DNA of 64,000 nt. It comes from Malacoraja senta (lineage: Eukaryota). The notes beneath the pieces were generated by a model, which saw nothing but the letters and a program-made list of their open reading frames with translations, ran no database searches and was not told the origin of the DNA. Where the stretch lies: contig CM075995.1 of NCBI GenBank assembly GCA_038087875.1, forward strand, positions 6,140,001 to 6,204,000. The letters are read 5' to 3'. Made by a program: the position numbers and the translations under genes. This document shows positions 13,992 to 27,879 of this stretch, in pieces. Position 1 is the stretch's first letter. Each line of letters begins with the position of its first letter.

Positions 13992-14746
13992 TACATGGTA
14001 AATGGTAGGGAATTGAAGAATGCAGGTGAACAGAGGGATCTTGGAATAACTGTGCACAGTTCCCTGAAAGTGGAATCTCATGTAGATAGGGTGGTAAAGA
14101 AAGCTTTTGGTGTGCTGGCTTTTATAAATCAGAGCATTGAGTATGGAAGTTGGGATGTAATGTTAAAATTGTACAAGGCATTGGTGAGGCCAATTCTGGA
14201 GTATGGTGTACAATTCAATTTTGGTCGCCTAATTATAGGAAGGATGTCAACAAAATAGAGAGAGTACAGAGGAGATTTACTAGAATGTTGCCTGGGTTTC
14301 AGCAACTAAGTTACAGAGAAAGGTTGAACAAGTTAGGGCTTTATTCTTTGGAGCGCAGAAGTTTAAGGGGGGACTTGATAGAGGTCTTTAAAATGATGAG
14401 AGGGATAGACAGAGTTGACGTTGATAAGCTTTTCCCACTGAGAGTAGGAAAGATTCAAACAAGGGGACATGACTTGAGAATTAAGGGACAGAAGTTTAGG
14501 GGTAACATGAGGGGGAACTTCTTTACTCAGAGAGTGGTGGCTGTGTGGAATGAGCTTCCAGAGAAGGTGGTGGAGGCAGGTTCGTTTTTATCATTTAAAA
14601 ATAAATTGGATAGTTATATGGACGGGAAAGGAATGGAGGGTTATGGTCTGAGCGCAGGTATATGGGACTAGAGGAGAATACGTGTTCGGCACGGACTAGA
14701 AGGGTCAAGATAGCCTGTTTCCGTGCTGTAATTGTTATATGGTTAT
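13992..14746 (+). mobile_element. CR1 3' fragment (same family as 32410-36420)
   Basis: QRDLGITVHSSLK..QTRGHDLR; tail gttatatggtta. Confidence 0.9.
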
Positions 14747-15609
14747 TATAATGCAGGTGGAGTGGGGTCAATGGTGGAATGGCTACTTTATTAACAGTCT
14801 GCTTTTAACATAATCTGAATTTTAAAATTACTCAAATTGTAAATTGCTGGCAAATCTACAAATTAAAAAATGTAATCATGTGCAAAAAATAAATGCTTTA
14901 TGATTTAGGCCTGTATGACAGGGCTGCCAACATTGGGTGAGAGGTGAGAGTGAGAAATTGTGAGGGAGTGCAGCGACCGAGGGGGGGGGGGGGGGGGGGT
15001 TGCTTGGGGGTGTTCCCCTTCCCACGGTAGGAAGCTTTTGCATTTTTCAGTTTGAAATTGTGGAATCTGGTGCATACTTTTAACTTACACTTGATGCAAC
15101 ATTTATGCTTCAAATTGGATTAGGTGTGAATAAGGTTAGGCTAAATTACATTCCTAATTACATTCCACAGTAGAGCCAGGCTCTGATCAACAGGTGCAGC
15201 ACATGAATGACCTCAGTATATTCATGTATGGAAATCAGATTATAATTCATGCTGTTATGCATATATAGAGAAACAAAAACATAGAAACAAGGCAAGAGTA
15301 GTCAGACTTCCATCACTGATCTGCACAAATAAATCAATTAACCTTACATTTTGACTACAGAAGCAAGATGAAAATAATGCCACATATTCAACCGTATATG
15401 GTTCAATGAAATTAAGATATATGTAAAACATATATATGGAAACAAGCCCTTCGGCCCACCAAGTCGACACCGACCGCAATCTATCATACACCAGTTGTAT
15501 CCTACATGCCAGGGACAATTTACAGAAGCCAATTAACCTACAAACCTGCACTTCTTTCAGATGTGGGAGAAACTGGAATTTCCACAGAAAACCATGTGGT
15601 CATAAGGAG

Positions 15610-18600
15610 AATAGTAAGATTAAACGAGAACTTACCAGTTTGAAGTTTGATCTTTATTCTATGAGGAGTTACGATGAGGGATTACGTGAAGAGCCCGTCC
15701 AGCCGCACATGCGTCAATCTTCAAAGCAGCAGAGTGAAATCACAGACAACAATTACTGAAGTATGATAGTAAGATACATAAAGACTAGAACTACCAGCTC
15801 GATCTTTTATGAGGGTGGGAGCGGAGGGCACGTAATCCCTCATCGTAACTCCTCATAAAATAAAGATCAAACTTCAAACTGGTAAGTTCTCGTTTAATCT
15901 TACTATTTTACTTCGGAGTCACGTGAGTGACTACGTGAAGATTTCAAAGCTCTGTGATTTCACGCCGTAGATTCAAATCCAGGCGTCTCACTGCATTGAT
16001 TGACTGTAAATGAGTAAAAGCAATCAACAATACATAACCACAACATGGATGCAACCAGTTAATGGTTAATTTATCACCATAATAGTAACCCCTTTATCAC
16101 AGGAGGAATATTTAATACTAAATCCAAAATAGCACCACCAAATAACCACAGGTATTATAATCTCCTTATGGTAATACTTGTGAAATTCTTTCACTTATGC
16201 CTGCGACCGCGAGGATATGTTCTATTGGAACATCCAATTCCTTTGCCGTCAATGTTGATGGTGCCCTGGTGGAATGAGATTTAAATTTGTCAGTATCAAT
16301 ACCTGCATCAAGCAACACCTGCTTCAGCCATTTTTAAATAGTCTGAACCGACACTTTCTTATGCAGCTATTTATGGCTAATAAAATACTGATACTGCACC
16401 TCTTTAAGGATCTGGTGGCTTCAATCTAACATTGTAAATGTGATACCACACATAGACGTGGATCCGTAGGATATGCTGAAAACCCCAACTTACATCCTGT
16501 GATTCCAGGTCCACTCTGTTTAAGCAAATCATAGACATAGAACACAATAGTATCTGTTGCTCTTCCCATCATGTCTATTCGTAGTTTCTGCAATGTTTGC
16601 ACTCTCTGTGCTAAAACCAGTGCCCTGAGCTTGACTACCTTAATGGTAATTTAAGCCAAGGACAGCGCTGTAATAGGAGTCCAATAATGAAAAATCATAA
16701 CACATCTCTTACATTCCAGATTTTTGTATACCTGTGTCTAGGAGGCTTAGAATTGAAAATTCCCTTCATAAATCTGCAGACCAAGGGTGTAACCCTACAA
16801 GATTTTATTCTGATTCCTCCATAGATATGCAGTAAAGGCACTCCTTGCAGTATTCATAGCACTATAGCTTAACTGCTAATAAAATACAGAGTTTACAGAA
16901 ACTGTAACTACTGAGATGTCTATAGTGTGATATGTAATATTCTGCTTTAAGCAAAACATATTCAATTTCCTTATGTAAGAAATGTACTACTTCTGGGTAA
17001 TATCCCTCCAGGTTGCAATAATATCCACAGTACAGTCTGATAGCCCTCTGATATGGCACTCCTTAGAATCTGCAAATCAACAAACCAATACGATTATGTA
17101 AAGGATGTGAATCATCAGTTAAAGGGTGCACAAACAGGTTAATTCTGTTTGGGAAATCATAAGAGGCTTTGTGATCATTTTTAACACCTGAGGGTACCAT
17201 GGTTTTGTAGATCCAATCTGGTACCACCAATACTCCCGAAGCGGAGTCCTGTTTGATCTTCTGTATATACTGACTAAATGAGGCAAAATGGAGAAAATGT
17301 ATACAAACATTCTACCCCAATGCAGCGAGAAACATCCACCGCTACTGCCCCAGTTTCCATGACACATATTTAGGTAATTGGTGGTAAAGTCTGGATGCAA
17401 ACAAGTCATCAATCGTGCAACAATATTATTAAATTTGTCACGATCCAACATCCATTCTGTATTATCATTGAATTTACATGACCTTGAGTCTGCAACTATA
17501 TTGAATCTACCTCGTAGGTAGATTGCCAACCAAATATTTCTGGTAAACGCCAGGTCCAGATCACGTTAGCCAGTCTATTACAAGATTCTGACTCACACCA
17601 CTCGAATGATTAACATACGTTCTATTCCGTAGTGTCAATCTATACCTAAACATGCAAACTTTGCATATTAGAGCAATAAGCTTTAGGCCATAAAATGTTC
17701 CTAAAACTCTCATTAATGATCCCTTGTTATTGGATCAAAGGTACTTTCTCCACATTCCATGTACCTCCACAGCTGGAAATACTTATAAGTATGACCCCAA
17801 CTTAGAGCACTACAATTAGTGTATAGCATAATGGAAGGTGTTCAACCAGAATCTCTCTGGAGGCATTTGAAACTCTTGATTCATTATAATATTCCAGTAA
17901 TAACTGCAACTGGCAAATACATGGCCTGGCAAAATTGCCCTAAAATGCATTCTCCATTCCTCTATCCATGCTTACTGTAAATGCTGATAATGCAGCAGTC
18001 TAAATTCTACAGCTGAAAATTAGCAATAGTTTGCAAAGCAGGCTTGCTTCCTGCCTAATTGAGGGTTGGTGCTCTGTAATGAGCTTAATACAACTTACAA
18101 TTAAATGCCTAATTGAGGGTTGGTGCACTATAATGTGCTTTATACAACTTCCAATTAAATGAGGCCTTAATCCTTGGGCGGAATCACAATCATGTGTTCT
18201 CATTTAATAATCAAACCCAAATAATCAATAACTGTGTTTGGTAATTGTTTAGATTTATCTGGATGGTTAATACATCTCCAAAGTGAGGTTGATTCTTAAC
18301 ACTTATGGTTCTGTTGTAGCCCGAATGTTTCCTACAATCAGAATATATCAAAATAGGCCATTACCAAATGGCCCTGAGTTCTTAGTAATGCTAAGATTAG
18401 TTCCAACAACCTGGCAAATAGTCTCAGCTGAGACTAAACCTTAATACAATGCTTTAAATTGCCATAATTGACATCCAGATAAAATTAAAATATCTCTGAT
18501 TATTTGCCATATACAGTCACACAGTAAAATGCATTTTCTTGAAATTGGCTGCATAACATTGACAAATGTTCCAATGTTTATAATACTGTACAAAAAAGGG

Positions 18601-20532
18601 TTAAAACTTGTGAGATCTAGAATAATTCTACACCCACCATCCTTATTTGCTCTCATAACACAGTTGGCATCAATTGATGGTAATGGTGAACTGACTTCTT
18701 AATCATCCCTTTTTCACAATATTTAATGTTTTGTCTGAATCTACATATTCTCTTATTTTGAGAAATATGTGTCCGGTTTCAAATACCTTAGTAGGAGAAA
18801 CCAAATATGGTTAGAATTAGATTCTAAACCCCACAATACTGTACAGTATAAATATATCAAATTGCCATTCTTTTAGCAAGAATTGTAATCTTTCCCAACT
18901 TGTAAGTGTAAAACATTTAATATGTTTCTTACAGAACTTACATACCTCAGGGTTTGCCTATTGCAATTGTTATCCCCTGATCTTAGTGGAATATTGTAAC
19001 CTCCACATATCTCAGGAGGAGTGCGCCTACAACGCACATATCGGAAAGACCAATTTGATCCTTCACTATCCCCAGTCACCACATATTGGTAGGGAAAACT
19101 GCCTTTAATTTGATCTGCCAATCACACAGGATAATTCCTTTTTTGGCTAGATTCTTTCTAAAATAGATTATTAGGCAATTAAATATTAGATGACGTACAG
19201 AGCCCCCCCCCCCCCCCCCCAAACTTAGGGTATATATTAGGTCTTATAGCACTTTTATAAATACAGTTTATTTCAAAGTGCGCACTACACATGAGTGCCA
19301 ATTCAACCTTGTTGTGATATAGACACATGCTCTCCATCCAATCTTTGGTCAAAAAGCCGTAATGCCTGACCAGTAATTTCAACACCCTCCCCCGCTGAGA
19401 CTGCTTATAATGCTCAATACTGCGGGTTTCATATTTGTAGACAGCTCATACATGGTTAGAACCTGGAGCTGCTGGGAGAGTAAGTATTTTATTGACATAG
19501 TTAATTTATCTCCCAATGGTTCCCCTGATATTTTTGGAACCACAACTTTGATATATTGTGCCAATTCTGGTCCTTTGGGCTCTGTTATTGGGCTCTAGTC
19601 CTCATATGATTCGTTTACTGAATCTTTGTATGAAATAATCCTCCTCATGGAGGGGGCGAATTGACATCCTGTTTCAGGTGTTTCTAGCGCTGGCTCTCCC
19701 ATGAGCCCATTCATAGGCAGCCCTCTTTCAGGTGCTGCTGGCGCTGGCTCTCCTGTAGGCCAACGCTTAAACTGTTCTCTCCAGACATAGTTGGCGCTGG
19801 CTCTCCTGTAGACCAACGCATTTAAAAAAAAAAGCCTTTAACCAGGCATAGCTCACACTGGCTCACCTGTAGGCCAGCGCTGAACCGGACTTTCCCAAGT
19901 ACTCCCTATGCTGGCTCTCCCTTAGGCCAACGCTGAGCCGGACCTTCTAAAGCACTCCATGCGCTGGCTCTCCTATAGACCAACGCTAAGCCTGGACCTC
20001 CACCAGGTACTCCCTGAATTGGCTCCTGTAGGGACAACGCTAAGCCGGACCTTCCCCAGGCACTTCATACGCTGGCTCTCCTATAGGCCAACGCTAAGCC
20101 TGGACATTCCCCAGGCATTCCCTGCGCTGGCTTCGCAACGCGGTTCTAAATATAACTAACTATCTGCTTGAATCGGGGATCCTCCGGTCTGACTTTCCAG
20201 TCTACTGGCCACCCAGCCTATTTCTCATGCGCTCTAAATAGCGCTACAACGGTATATATTTTAAACCGTTTTTTAAAAATTAAAAAGGGCGCCCTCTATT
20301 CGCAGACCTCTAAATCCTTTCTTCATTCTGACTTGTGTTTTCCTAACCACAAGTGAAGAAATCGACCTGAAAAACTTAAGTAAACACTTACCTTCAGGCT
20401 TTTTACTTACCGGTTTGGAGGAGCTCTGCTCACTCCAAACACATCGGCACTACGCTCTGCGTCTGACGATATGACGCGTGTGCGGCTGGACGGGCTCTTC
20501 ACGTAGTCACTCACGTGACTCCGAAGTAAAAT
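15610..20532 (-). mobile_element. DIRS1-like element C, both ends present, coding region heavily degraded (same subfamily as A)
   Basis: Left end at 20472-20532, ICR at 15829-15941, right end at 15610-15716. RT (DGGCRIILDL), RNase H/MT (GRFNIVAD, PWYP) and YR remnants. Confidence 0.93.
19690..20135 (-). repeat. Tandem ~45-60 nt repeat array in DIRS C gag
   Basis: Repeated core gcgctggctctcctgtaggccaacgc, about 8 copies. Confidence 0.85.
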
Positions 20533-20725
20533 GTACAAATACTGTACAGACAGCACCCGTAGTCAGGATCAAATCTGGGTCTGTGGTGCTGCAAGGCAGC
20601 AACTCTACCGCTGCGCCACCGTGCCACGCCATTAATAAAGATGAACATGATTCTGATTACTGCCTTTAGTTGGATAACACACATCTCCAGCCATTGTGTT
20701 TTATGGCTGGTTTTCAACCTCTTCA

Positions 20726-20853
20726 GTCTGAAGGTTTCGACCCGAAACATCACCTATTCTTTCACTCCAGAGATGCTGCCTGTCCTGCTGAGTTATTCCA
20801 GCTTTTAGTATCTATCTTCAGTTTAAACCACCATTTGCAGTTCCTTCTTACAC
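20726..20853 (+). repeat. Penelope-type repeat with decayed hammerhead core
   Basis: gtctgaaggtttcgacccgaaacatcacc..gatgctgcctgtcctgctgagttattccagc. Confidence 0.65.
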
Positions 20854-22419
20854 TCTTTATTAAGCGAAACAGGTCCTATTCTCATAATATTATTCACCTC
20901 AACTAAGTCTCTTCTTCACCTCCGTTGCTGCAGAGAATACAATTCCAGTTATCAAATCTTTCTTCAAAGTGAAACAAAAATTCCAGCCCTGCCAATATGT
21001 TCATAAATCGCCCCTGGATCCTCTCCAGAGCAATTGCACCCTTTCTTCAGTGTGTCATAGTCTTACAGCATGGAAACAGGCCCTTCACCCCAACTTGTTC
21101 ATGCAGATCAAGATGCCCCATCTAAACTAGTCCCATTTATCCGCATTTGGCCCAAATCCCTTTAAACCTTGTGTGTGCCAGTGTGTGTGTAAGGGTGCGT
21201 GTTAGATTGTGTGCGAGAGTGTGGGTCAGTGAAGCGGCGACAACACCCGGAGTGAGCGGAGACTTGGCGATGTTCGGGGAGCATTTCCCTCTCTCCTCCC
21301 CTCCCCAGGAATGCGGGCAGGCCCAGGTGCTCTGTGTCCAGCTGGGGTCCGGGGGAGGTGAGGGTCAGTGACCCGGGGGTCCGGGGTATGTGAGGGACAA
21401 TGACCCGGGGGTCGGGCATCGGAGTGGCGCCTTAGCCCGAGATTCATCCCTGCGGTTCCGGAGGCGGCACCGACGCCCCCACTCACCCGGTTCGCTCCTG
21501 GCACCGGGCCGGGGTTAAACCTCCATGTGGTGTGGACAGAGCAGCCACCGGACACAGAGCCGCCGGAGGAGAGGGTGGGAGGTGTGAGCGGTGCCTCGGG
21601 GGGGGCGGGGACCACCGCCGGGACCACTGCCGTGTCTCACCTATCACACCATCTGCACGGGAATGTGCATGTGGGCGAGGCAGCATCTCTGGAGCGGTGG
21701 ACAAAATGCTGGAGAAATGCTTGAGTCTGAAGAAGGGTCAAACTCAGACATAGATGCTACCTCAGCCACTGAGTTGCTCCAGCATTTTTGTCTACATTGC
21801 CATTTTAAATAGCCTGCGATGATGGGCTTAAGCCAATTGCTCGTTCTTTACGGGGAACCCGCCGACAAAAAACTATTCTCATTGGTGAGGGTGAAGGAGT
21901 GTGGCATTATTTATTTATTCATATATATTTTTAAATATTTTTTTGAGCGTGAGAACCTCTGTCATCAGCGTGAGAGCATGAGAATTTCCTCAAATGCGTT
22001 AGTCTCACGCTCAATGCGTGAGAGTTGGTAGCCCTGGTATGATGATGTTGAGATCCAATATGACATTGCCGATTGGCACTTTCATGTCGTGTTACTTATT
22101 AATAAATAACCTTTTTTTTGTTTTGTTTTGTTCATTGTCATGTGTCTCAGTGAATAGCTTTTTATTGCATGCTAACCAGACAGCAGAAAGACTATATGAT
22201 TGTAATGGAGTCATTCACAGTGTACAGATACTGTACATGATAAAGGAAATAACATTTAGTGCAAGATAAAGTCCAGTAAAGGTAGACTGAGGATCTCCAA
22301 TGAGGTAGTTGGCAGCTTAGGACCGCTCTCTTGTTGTTGATAGGATGGTTCAGTTCCCTGATAACAGCTGGAAAGTCCACTCGACCACTAAAGACAAGGA
22401 ACACCATATGCTGCTTTAC

Positions 22420-22583
22420 AAAAAAAGACGCATAGTGTTGGAGTAACTCAGCAGGTCATGCAATATCTCTGGAGACCATGGACAGTTGATGTCTCGGGTC
22501 AGGACCCTTCAAGTCCCTTTTGCATGTCCTCTAGAAATGTTGCCTGGGTCGCTGAGTTACTCCAGCATTTTGTGAATTTTTTT
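22420..22583. repeat. Inverted (fold-back) pair of the Penelope-type repeat
   Basis: tggagtaactcagc ... gctgagttactcca in inverted orientation. Confidence 0.65.
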
Positions 22584-25470
22584 CAACGATGCACATGCAG
22601 ATGCTCTATGCTCTGGAAAATCTTGATGTGGGCCACAACCACCATTCCCCCCCCCCCCCCCCCCCCCCCCCCGTAATCAGGGGTTAATGTGCAGGGATTC
22701 CTGGTCAGCGCAGACTCGGTGAGCCAAAGGGCCTTCGAGGTCGGCAGAGGAGCGGCAGGTGAAGGAGCGAGTGTGGGATATTGGCTGCAGACGTTAAAGC
22801 CTTGGTGAGTAAAGTGTGAGTCTTTGGTTCAAGAGTCTTCGGCGAGGAGGCTGAGACAAGGAGACTATACTTGATCGAAATTTGGGATTTTTGATTTTTT
22901 TCTCCACTGAAGAAATGGCAGGCATGTTGGTACAGTGTGTTTCCTGCAGGATGTGGGAAGTCGGGGACACCGCTGGTGCTTCTGGAAACTACACCTGCAG
23001 AGATTGTGTCCAGGTGCAGCTCCTGCATCAAGTGGAGAAGCAGCTGGATGACCTCCGGGCCAAACAGGAAAATGAGTTTCCTAGACAAGACCTTCGATGA
23101 GGTTGTCACGCCAAGAATACAGGAAGAGCGAAGGTGGGTGACCGTGAGAAAGAGGAGTAAACGTGGAGTGCAGGAGACCCCGGTGGCTGTACCTAATAAA
23201 AACAGGTACATGCTCTTGGGTGCTGTTGGGGCAGACGACGCTTCCAGTCCGAGCGGTGGACAGGTCGGTGGCTCCAACCCTAGCGATGAGACACGACCAG
23301 CGAGACCGGCGTCGGGCAGAGCCATAGTGGTGGGTGACTCCATTGTCCGAGGTGCGGACAGGAGATTCAGTAGCGGCAGTTGAGACTTGAGGATGGTCTG
23401 TTACCTCCTGGTTTCAGGATTCAAGATGTCTTGGACCGACTTCAGAACATCCTCGAGAGTGAAGGTGAGCAGCCAGAAGTAGTTGTGTATGTGGGCACAA
23501 ATGACGTCAAGAAGAAGAGGAAGGAGGTTCTGCAAAGTGAGTTTATAGAGTTCGGAAGAAGGCTGGAAAGCAGGACTTCTAGGGTGGTTATCTCTGGATT
23601 GCTTCCAGTACCTCGGGTAGAAACCGGGAGATAAAGGATCTGAATGTGTGGCTGGGAGGCTGGTGCACGGAGCAGGGATTTAGATTTATAGATCACTGGG
23701 ACCTCTTCTGGGGTAGGGGTGACCTGTACCAAAGGGACTGGTTACACCTTAACTGGAGGGCGACCGATATTCTGGCTGTCACGTTTTCTAGTGCTACAGT
23801 GATGGGTTTAAACTAAATAGCGGGGAGGAGGGGTTGACAAATTGGGAGTATAAGGATGGAGTTAAAGGGGAAGAGAGTTCAGGAAAAGTTACGAAAGACA
23901 CCCGAATTAATGGGACGGAAAGTTCAAGAAGGGACAAGACAGTAAGGTCAGGTGAAAGGGAAGGTGTGAGAGGGGAGGTGAATACCGAATTAAAAGTGTT
24001 ATATATTGAATGCGCGAAGTATAAGAAATAAAGTGGATGAGCTTGAGGCTCAATTAGAAATTGGTGCGTATGATGCTGTGGTAATTACAGAGACATGGCT
24101 GCAAGAGGATCAGAGGTGGGAACTGAATTTTCAGGGGTATACGTCCTATCGAAAAGACAGACAGGTGGGCAGAGGGGGTGGGGTGGCTCTGTTGGTAAGT
24201 ATTGAAATTCAGTCCCTTGCGAGGGGTGACATAGAGTCAGAAGATGTAGAGTCATTGTGGATAGAACTGAGGAATTGTAAGGGTAAAAAGACCCTAATGG
24301 GAGATATCTACAGTCCCCCAAATCGTAGCCTGTTGATAGGGTGCAAGTTAAAATCAGGAGTTAAAATTAGCATGTAATAAAGGTAATGCAATGGTGGTTA
24401 TGGGAGAGGTGGACTGGGAAAATCAGGTTGGTACTGGACCAAAGAAAGGGAGTTTGTAGAGTGCTTCTGAGATTAATTTTTGGAGCAGCTTGTACTGGAG
24501 CCTACCACGGAGCAGGCAATTCTGGATTTGTTGTTATGTAATGAACCGGATTTGATAAGGGAACTCAAGCTAAAGGAACCATTAGGAGGTAGTGATGTTT
24601 TAATCTGCAATTTGAGAGGGAGAAGGTAAAATCGGACGCAAATGTGCGTCCCTTGAAGACAGAAACAGATGAATTTATTATGGGGAGCAAGGAAATGGCA
24701 AACGAGTTGAACAGGAACTTTGTTAGTGTCTTCCTTAGTGAAGACAGAATCAATCTCCCAGATGTACTAGGGGACAGAGGACCTGGGGTGATGGAGGAAA
24801 TTCACATTAATTAGTTAGGAAATGGTGTTGGGTAGACTGATGGGACTGAAGACTGATAGATCCCCAGGGCCTGATGGTCTGCATCCCAGAGTACTCAAGG
24901 GGGTGGTTCTAGAAATCATGGACGCATTGGTGATCATTTTCTAATGTTCTATAGATTCTGAATCAGTTCCTGTGGATTGGAGGGTAGCTAATGTTATCCC
25001 ACTTTTCTAGAAAGGAGCGAGAGGGAAAGCAGGGAATTATAGACCAGTTAGCCTGACATCAGTGGTGGGGAAGATGCTGGAGTCGATTATCAAAGATGTA
25101 ATAGCGAAGCATTTAGATAGCAGGAACAGGATCGGTCCAAGTCAGTATGGATTTGTGATGGGGAAATCATGCTTGACAAATCTTTTAGAATTTTTTGAGG
25201 ATGCAACAAGTAAAATTGTCAAGGGAGAGCCAGTGGATGTAGTGTACCTGGACTTTCAGAAAGCCTTTGATAAGGTCCCACACAGGACATTAGTGGTCAA
25301 AATTAGAGCATATGGTATTGGGGGCAGGGTACTGACATAGATAAAAAATTGGTTGGCAGACAGGAAACAAAGAGTAGGGATTAACGGGTCCCATTCAGAA
25401 TGGCAGGCAGTGACTAGTGGGGTGCCGCAAGGCTCGATGGTGGGACCGCAGCTATTAATGATTTAGAAGT

Positions 25471-25553
25471 AAAGAAACCCGAAACGTTGTCTATTTCCTT
25501 CGCTCCATAGATGCTGCCTCACCCGCTGAGTTTCTCCAGCATTTTTGTCTACC
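25471..25553 (+). mobile_element. 83-bp Penelope-type repeat insertion in the CR1 RT
   Basis: Flanked by 8-bp direct repeat TTAGAAGT (25463-25470 and 25554-25561). Confidence 0.8.
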
Positions 25554-26720
25554 TTAGAAGTCATTAAAAGTAACAATAGCAAATTTGCAGATGACACAAA
25601 GCTGGGTTGAAGAGTGAACTGTGAAGAGGATGCTATGAGGATGCAGGGTCATTTTTTAGACAGGTTGCCAGATGCAGTACAATGTGGATAAATGTGAGGT
25701 TATCCACTTTGGTGGTAAGAACGGGAAGGCAGATTATTATCTGAATGGTGTCAAGTTAGGAAAAGGGGAAGTACAATAAGACCTGGGTGTCCTTGTACAT
25801 CAGTCACTGAAAGTAATCATGCAGGTACAACAGGCAGTGAAGAAAGCTAATGGTATGTTGGCCTTCATAACGAGAGGAGTTGAGTATAGGAGCAAAGAGG
25901 TCCTTCTAAAGTTGTACATGGCCCTGGTGAGACCACACCTGGAGTATTGTATGCAGTTTTGGTCTCCTAATTTGAGGATGGATATTCTTGCTATTGAGGG
26001 AGTGCAGTGTAGGTTCACAAGGTTAATTCCTGGGATGGCAGGACTGTCATATGATGAAAGAATGGAGCGAATGGACTTGTACTCATTCAAATTTAGAAGG
26101 ATGAGAAGAGATCATAGAAATATATAAAATTATTAAGGGATTGGACACGCTAGATGCAGGAAACATGTTCCCAATGTTGGGGGCAGGGCCGGCCCTAGGC
26201 CGCTTGGACCGATTTTTCCAAATTGGGCCCCGCACCCAAGGGGGGCCCCGCGTTAATTTTCCGTATTTCATATGGAAATACAAATTCGCTATGTTAAATA
26301 AAGATTTTTAAAAAAACATTCGCCTTACGGATTTTTTTACAAAACGAACATGGATAACAAACGATGTGTTAACTGCTACTGTAATACTTGTTAACAGCCA
26401 GTAGTTAGCAAGTAGTTATACAATGCATCGATCCACATTCCTCAGTAAATGCGTTCAATTGTGTCACTCGCTGCCGCCGGTGCAGACCCGGGGGGGGGGG
26501 GGAATCTACAGGGCAGCAAGCCCCAGCACCGCCGCAAACTCAGCCGTGAGTATTCAACGCTAAATGCCGGGAGCAGGCAGGCGGGCCGTGTGTGAGTGGG
26601 TGGGTGGGGGTTGGGTGGGTGGGGGGGGGGCACTCGTTCGGTGCCGTACAACAGCAGACCTGGTTGGAGGTTTGAGTCTGTGTTAACATTGGTGTCGGGG
26701 TTAATGTCCGGGCCGGGGTA

Positions 26721-26833
26721 CTGGTGGGATTTAACTCTGTGTGTGTGTGTCTGTCTGTCTGTCTGTGTGTGTGTCTGTCTGTGTGTGTCTGTCTGTGTAT
26801 GTGTGTGACTCTGTGTCTGTGTATGTCTCTGTG

Positions 26834-26866
<33 letters not shown>

Positions 26867-27135
26867 CTGTGGCTGTGTGTGTCTGTGTTTCTGTGTCTCT
26901 GTGGCTGTGTGTGTGTGTCTCTCTATCTGGTGGGATTTAACTCTGTGTGTGTGTGTGTGTCTGTCTGTCTGTCTGTGTGTGTGTCTGTCTGTGTGTCTGT
27001 CTGTGTATGTGTGTGACTCTGTGTCTGTGTATGTCTCTATGTTTCTGTATGTGTGTGTGTGTGTCTCTGTGGCTGTGTGTGTGTGTCTCTCTATCTGCGT
27101 GTGTGTCTGGGTGTGTCTCTGTCTGTATGTGTGTG
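26721..27135. repeat. (TG/TC)n microsatellite region arranged as a ~206-bp tandem duplication
   Basis: ctggtgggatttaactctgtgtg occurs at 26721 and 26927. Confidence 0.9.
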
Positions 27136-27314
27136 GGGGCAGTGGAGAGACAGAGAGAGGGGGGATTTTCAGTTTGCAAACCACTTGTTTTCAGTTAAGA
27201 GTTGGACATGATTACTGTCACTACGAGCAGCTCACGGAGCAGTCAGAATGAGAAACACTGCTCGGCTCTCACACACACGCTCGTGGAGTGAACTGTAGAT
27301 ATAAACGTGGCTGG

Positions 27315-27544
27315 GGGAAGAGGGAGAGGAAGAGGGAGAGAGAGAGAGAATTGGAGAGAGAAGAGAGAGGAAGGGGGAGAGAGAGAGGGGAAATTGGAGA
27401 GAAGAGAGAGAGAGAGAGAGGAAGGAGGGAGAGGGGGGGAGGGAGAGGGGGGGAGAGAGAATTGGAGAAGGGGGAGAGAGAGAAGGGGGGAGAGAGAGAG
27501 AGGGGGAGAGAGAGAGGGGGGGGAGAAGGGGAGAGAGAGAGAGA
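27315..27544. repeat. GA-rich polypurine low-complexity tract
   Basis: Almost pure G/A sequence, punctuated three times by aattggaga. Confidence 0.9.
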
Positions 27545-27879
27545 TTCTCCCTTCTGCCTCACCACCACTGTTGGCTGCCTCAAGCCCTGTCCCACTGTGA
27601 GGTGATTGGAGACCAAAACCAGTTACCCTTTAGATCTCCCTCTCCCTACCTCTCACTACCTCCCTCCCCCTCCCTCTGCCTCCTTCTTTAGAGAGGGGGG
27701 GAGGATGAGGGAAGGAAGGGGGGAGAGGGCGGAGGGGAGAGAGGAGTGTGCCTTGCTTGGTGGAGAAGAGGGATGTGGGAACGCTGTACGCAGGTGGTGA
27801 CTCACTCTCACACTGGGATCCCCCCTGTCATTGCGCAGTCTATCTGACTCCCTGCACACCCCCCGCCCCCCCCTCCCCC

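Larger units (their letters stand above)
15425..20630 (-). mobile_element. tRNA-derived SINE split by DIRS C (15425-15612 and 20530-20630)
   Basis: Joined halves match the intact SINE at 43208-43520; box A TGGCGCAGCGG near 20610-20620. Confidence 0.85.
14919..22036. mobile_element. Non-autonomous hAT-like DNA transposon with 6-bp TSD, containing a SINE and DIRS C
   Basis: TIRs CAGGGCTGCCAAC / GTTGGTAGCCCTG (12/13 match). GTATGA duplicated at 14913-14918 and 22037-22042. Repeated GTGAGA motifs near both ends. Confidence 0.75.

Noticed and set aside
19690..20135. Repeat-spacer pattern resembling a CRISPR array
   Set aside because: Spacers are related to one another, the array lies in DIRS gag, and the context is eukaryotic with no cas genes.
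26540..27616. Long His/Thr, Cys/Val and Glu/Arg-rich ORFs
   Set aside because: Translations of microsatellite and polypurine tracts.
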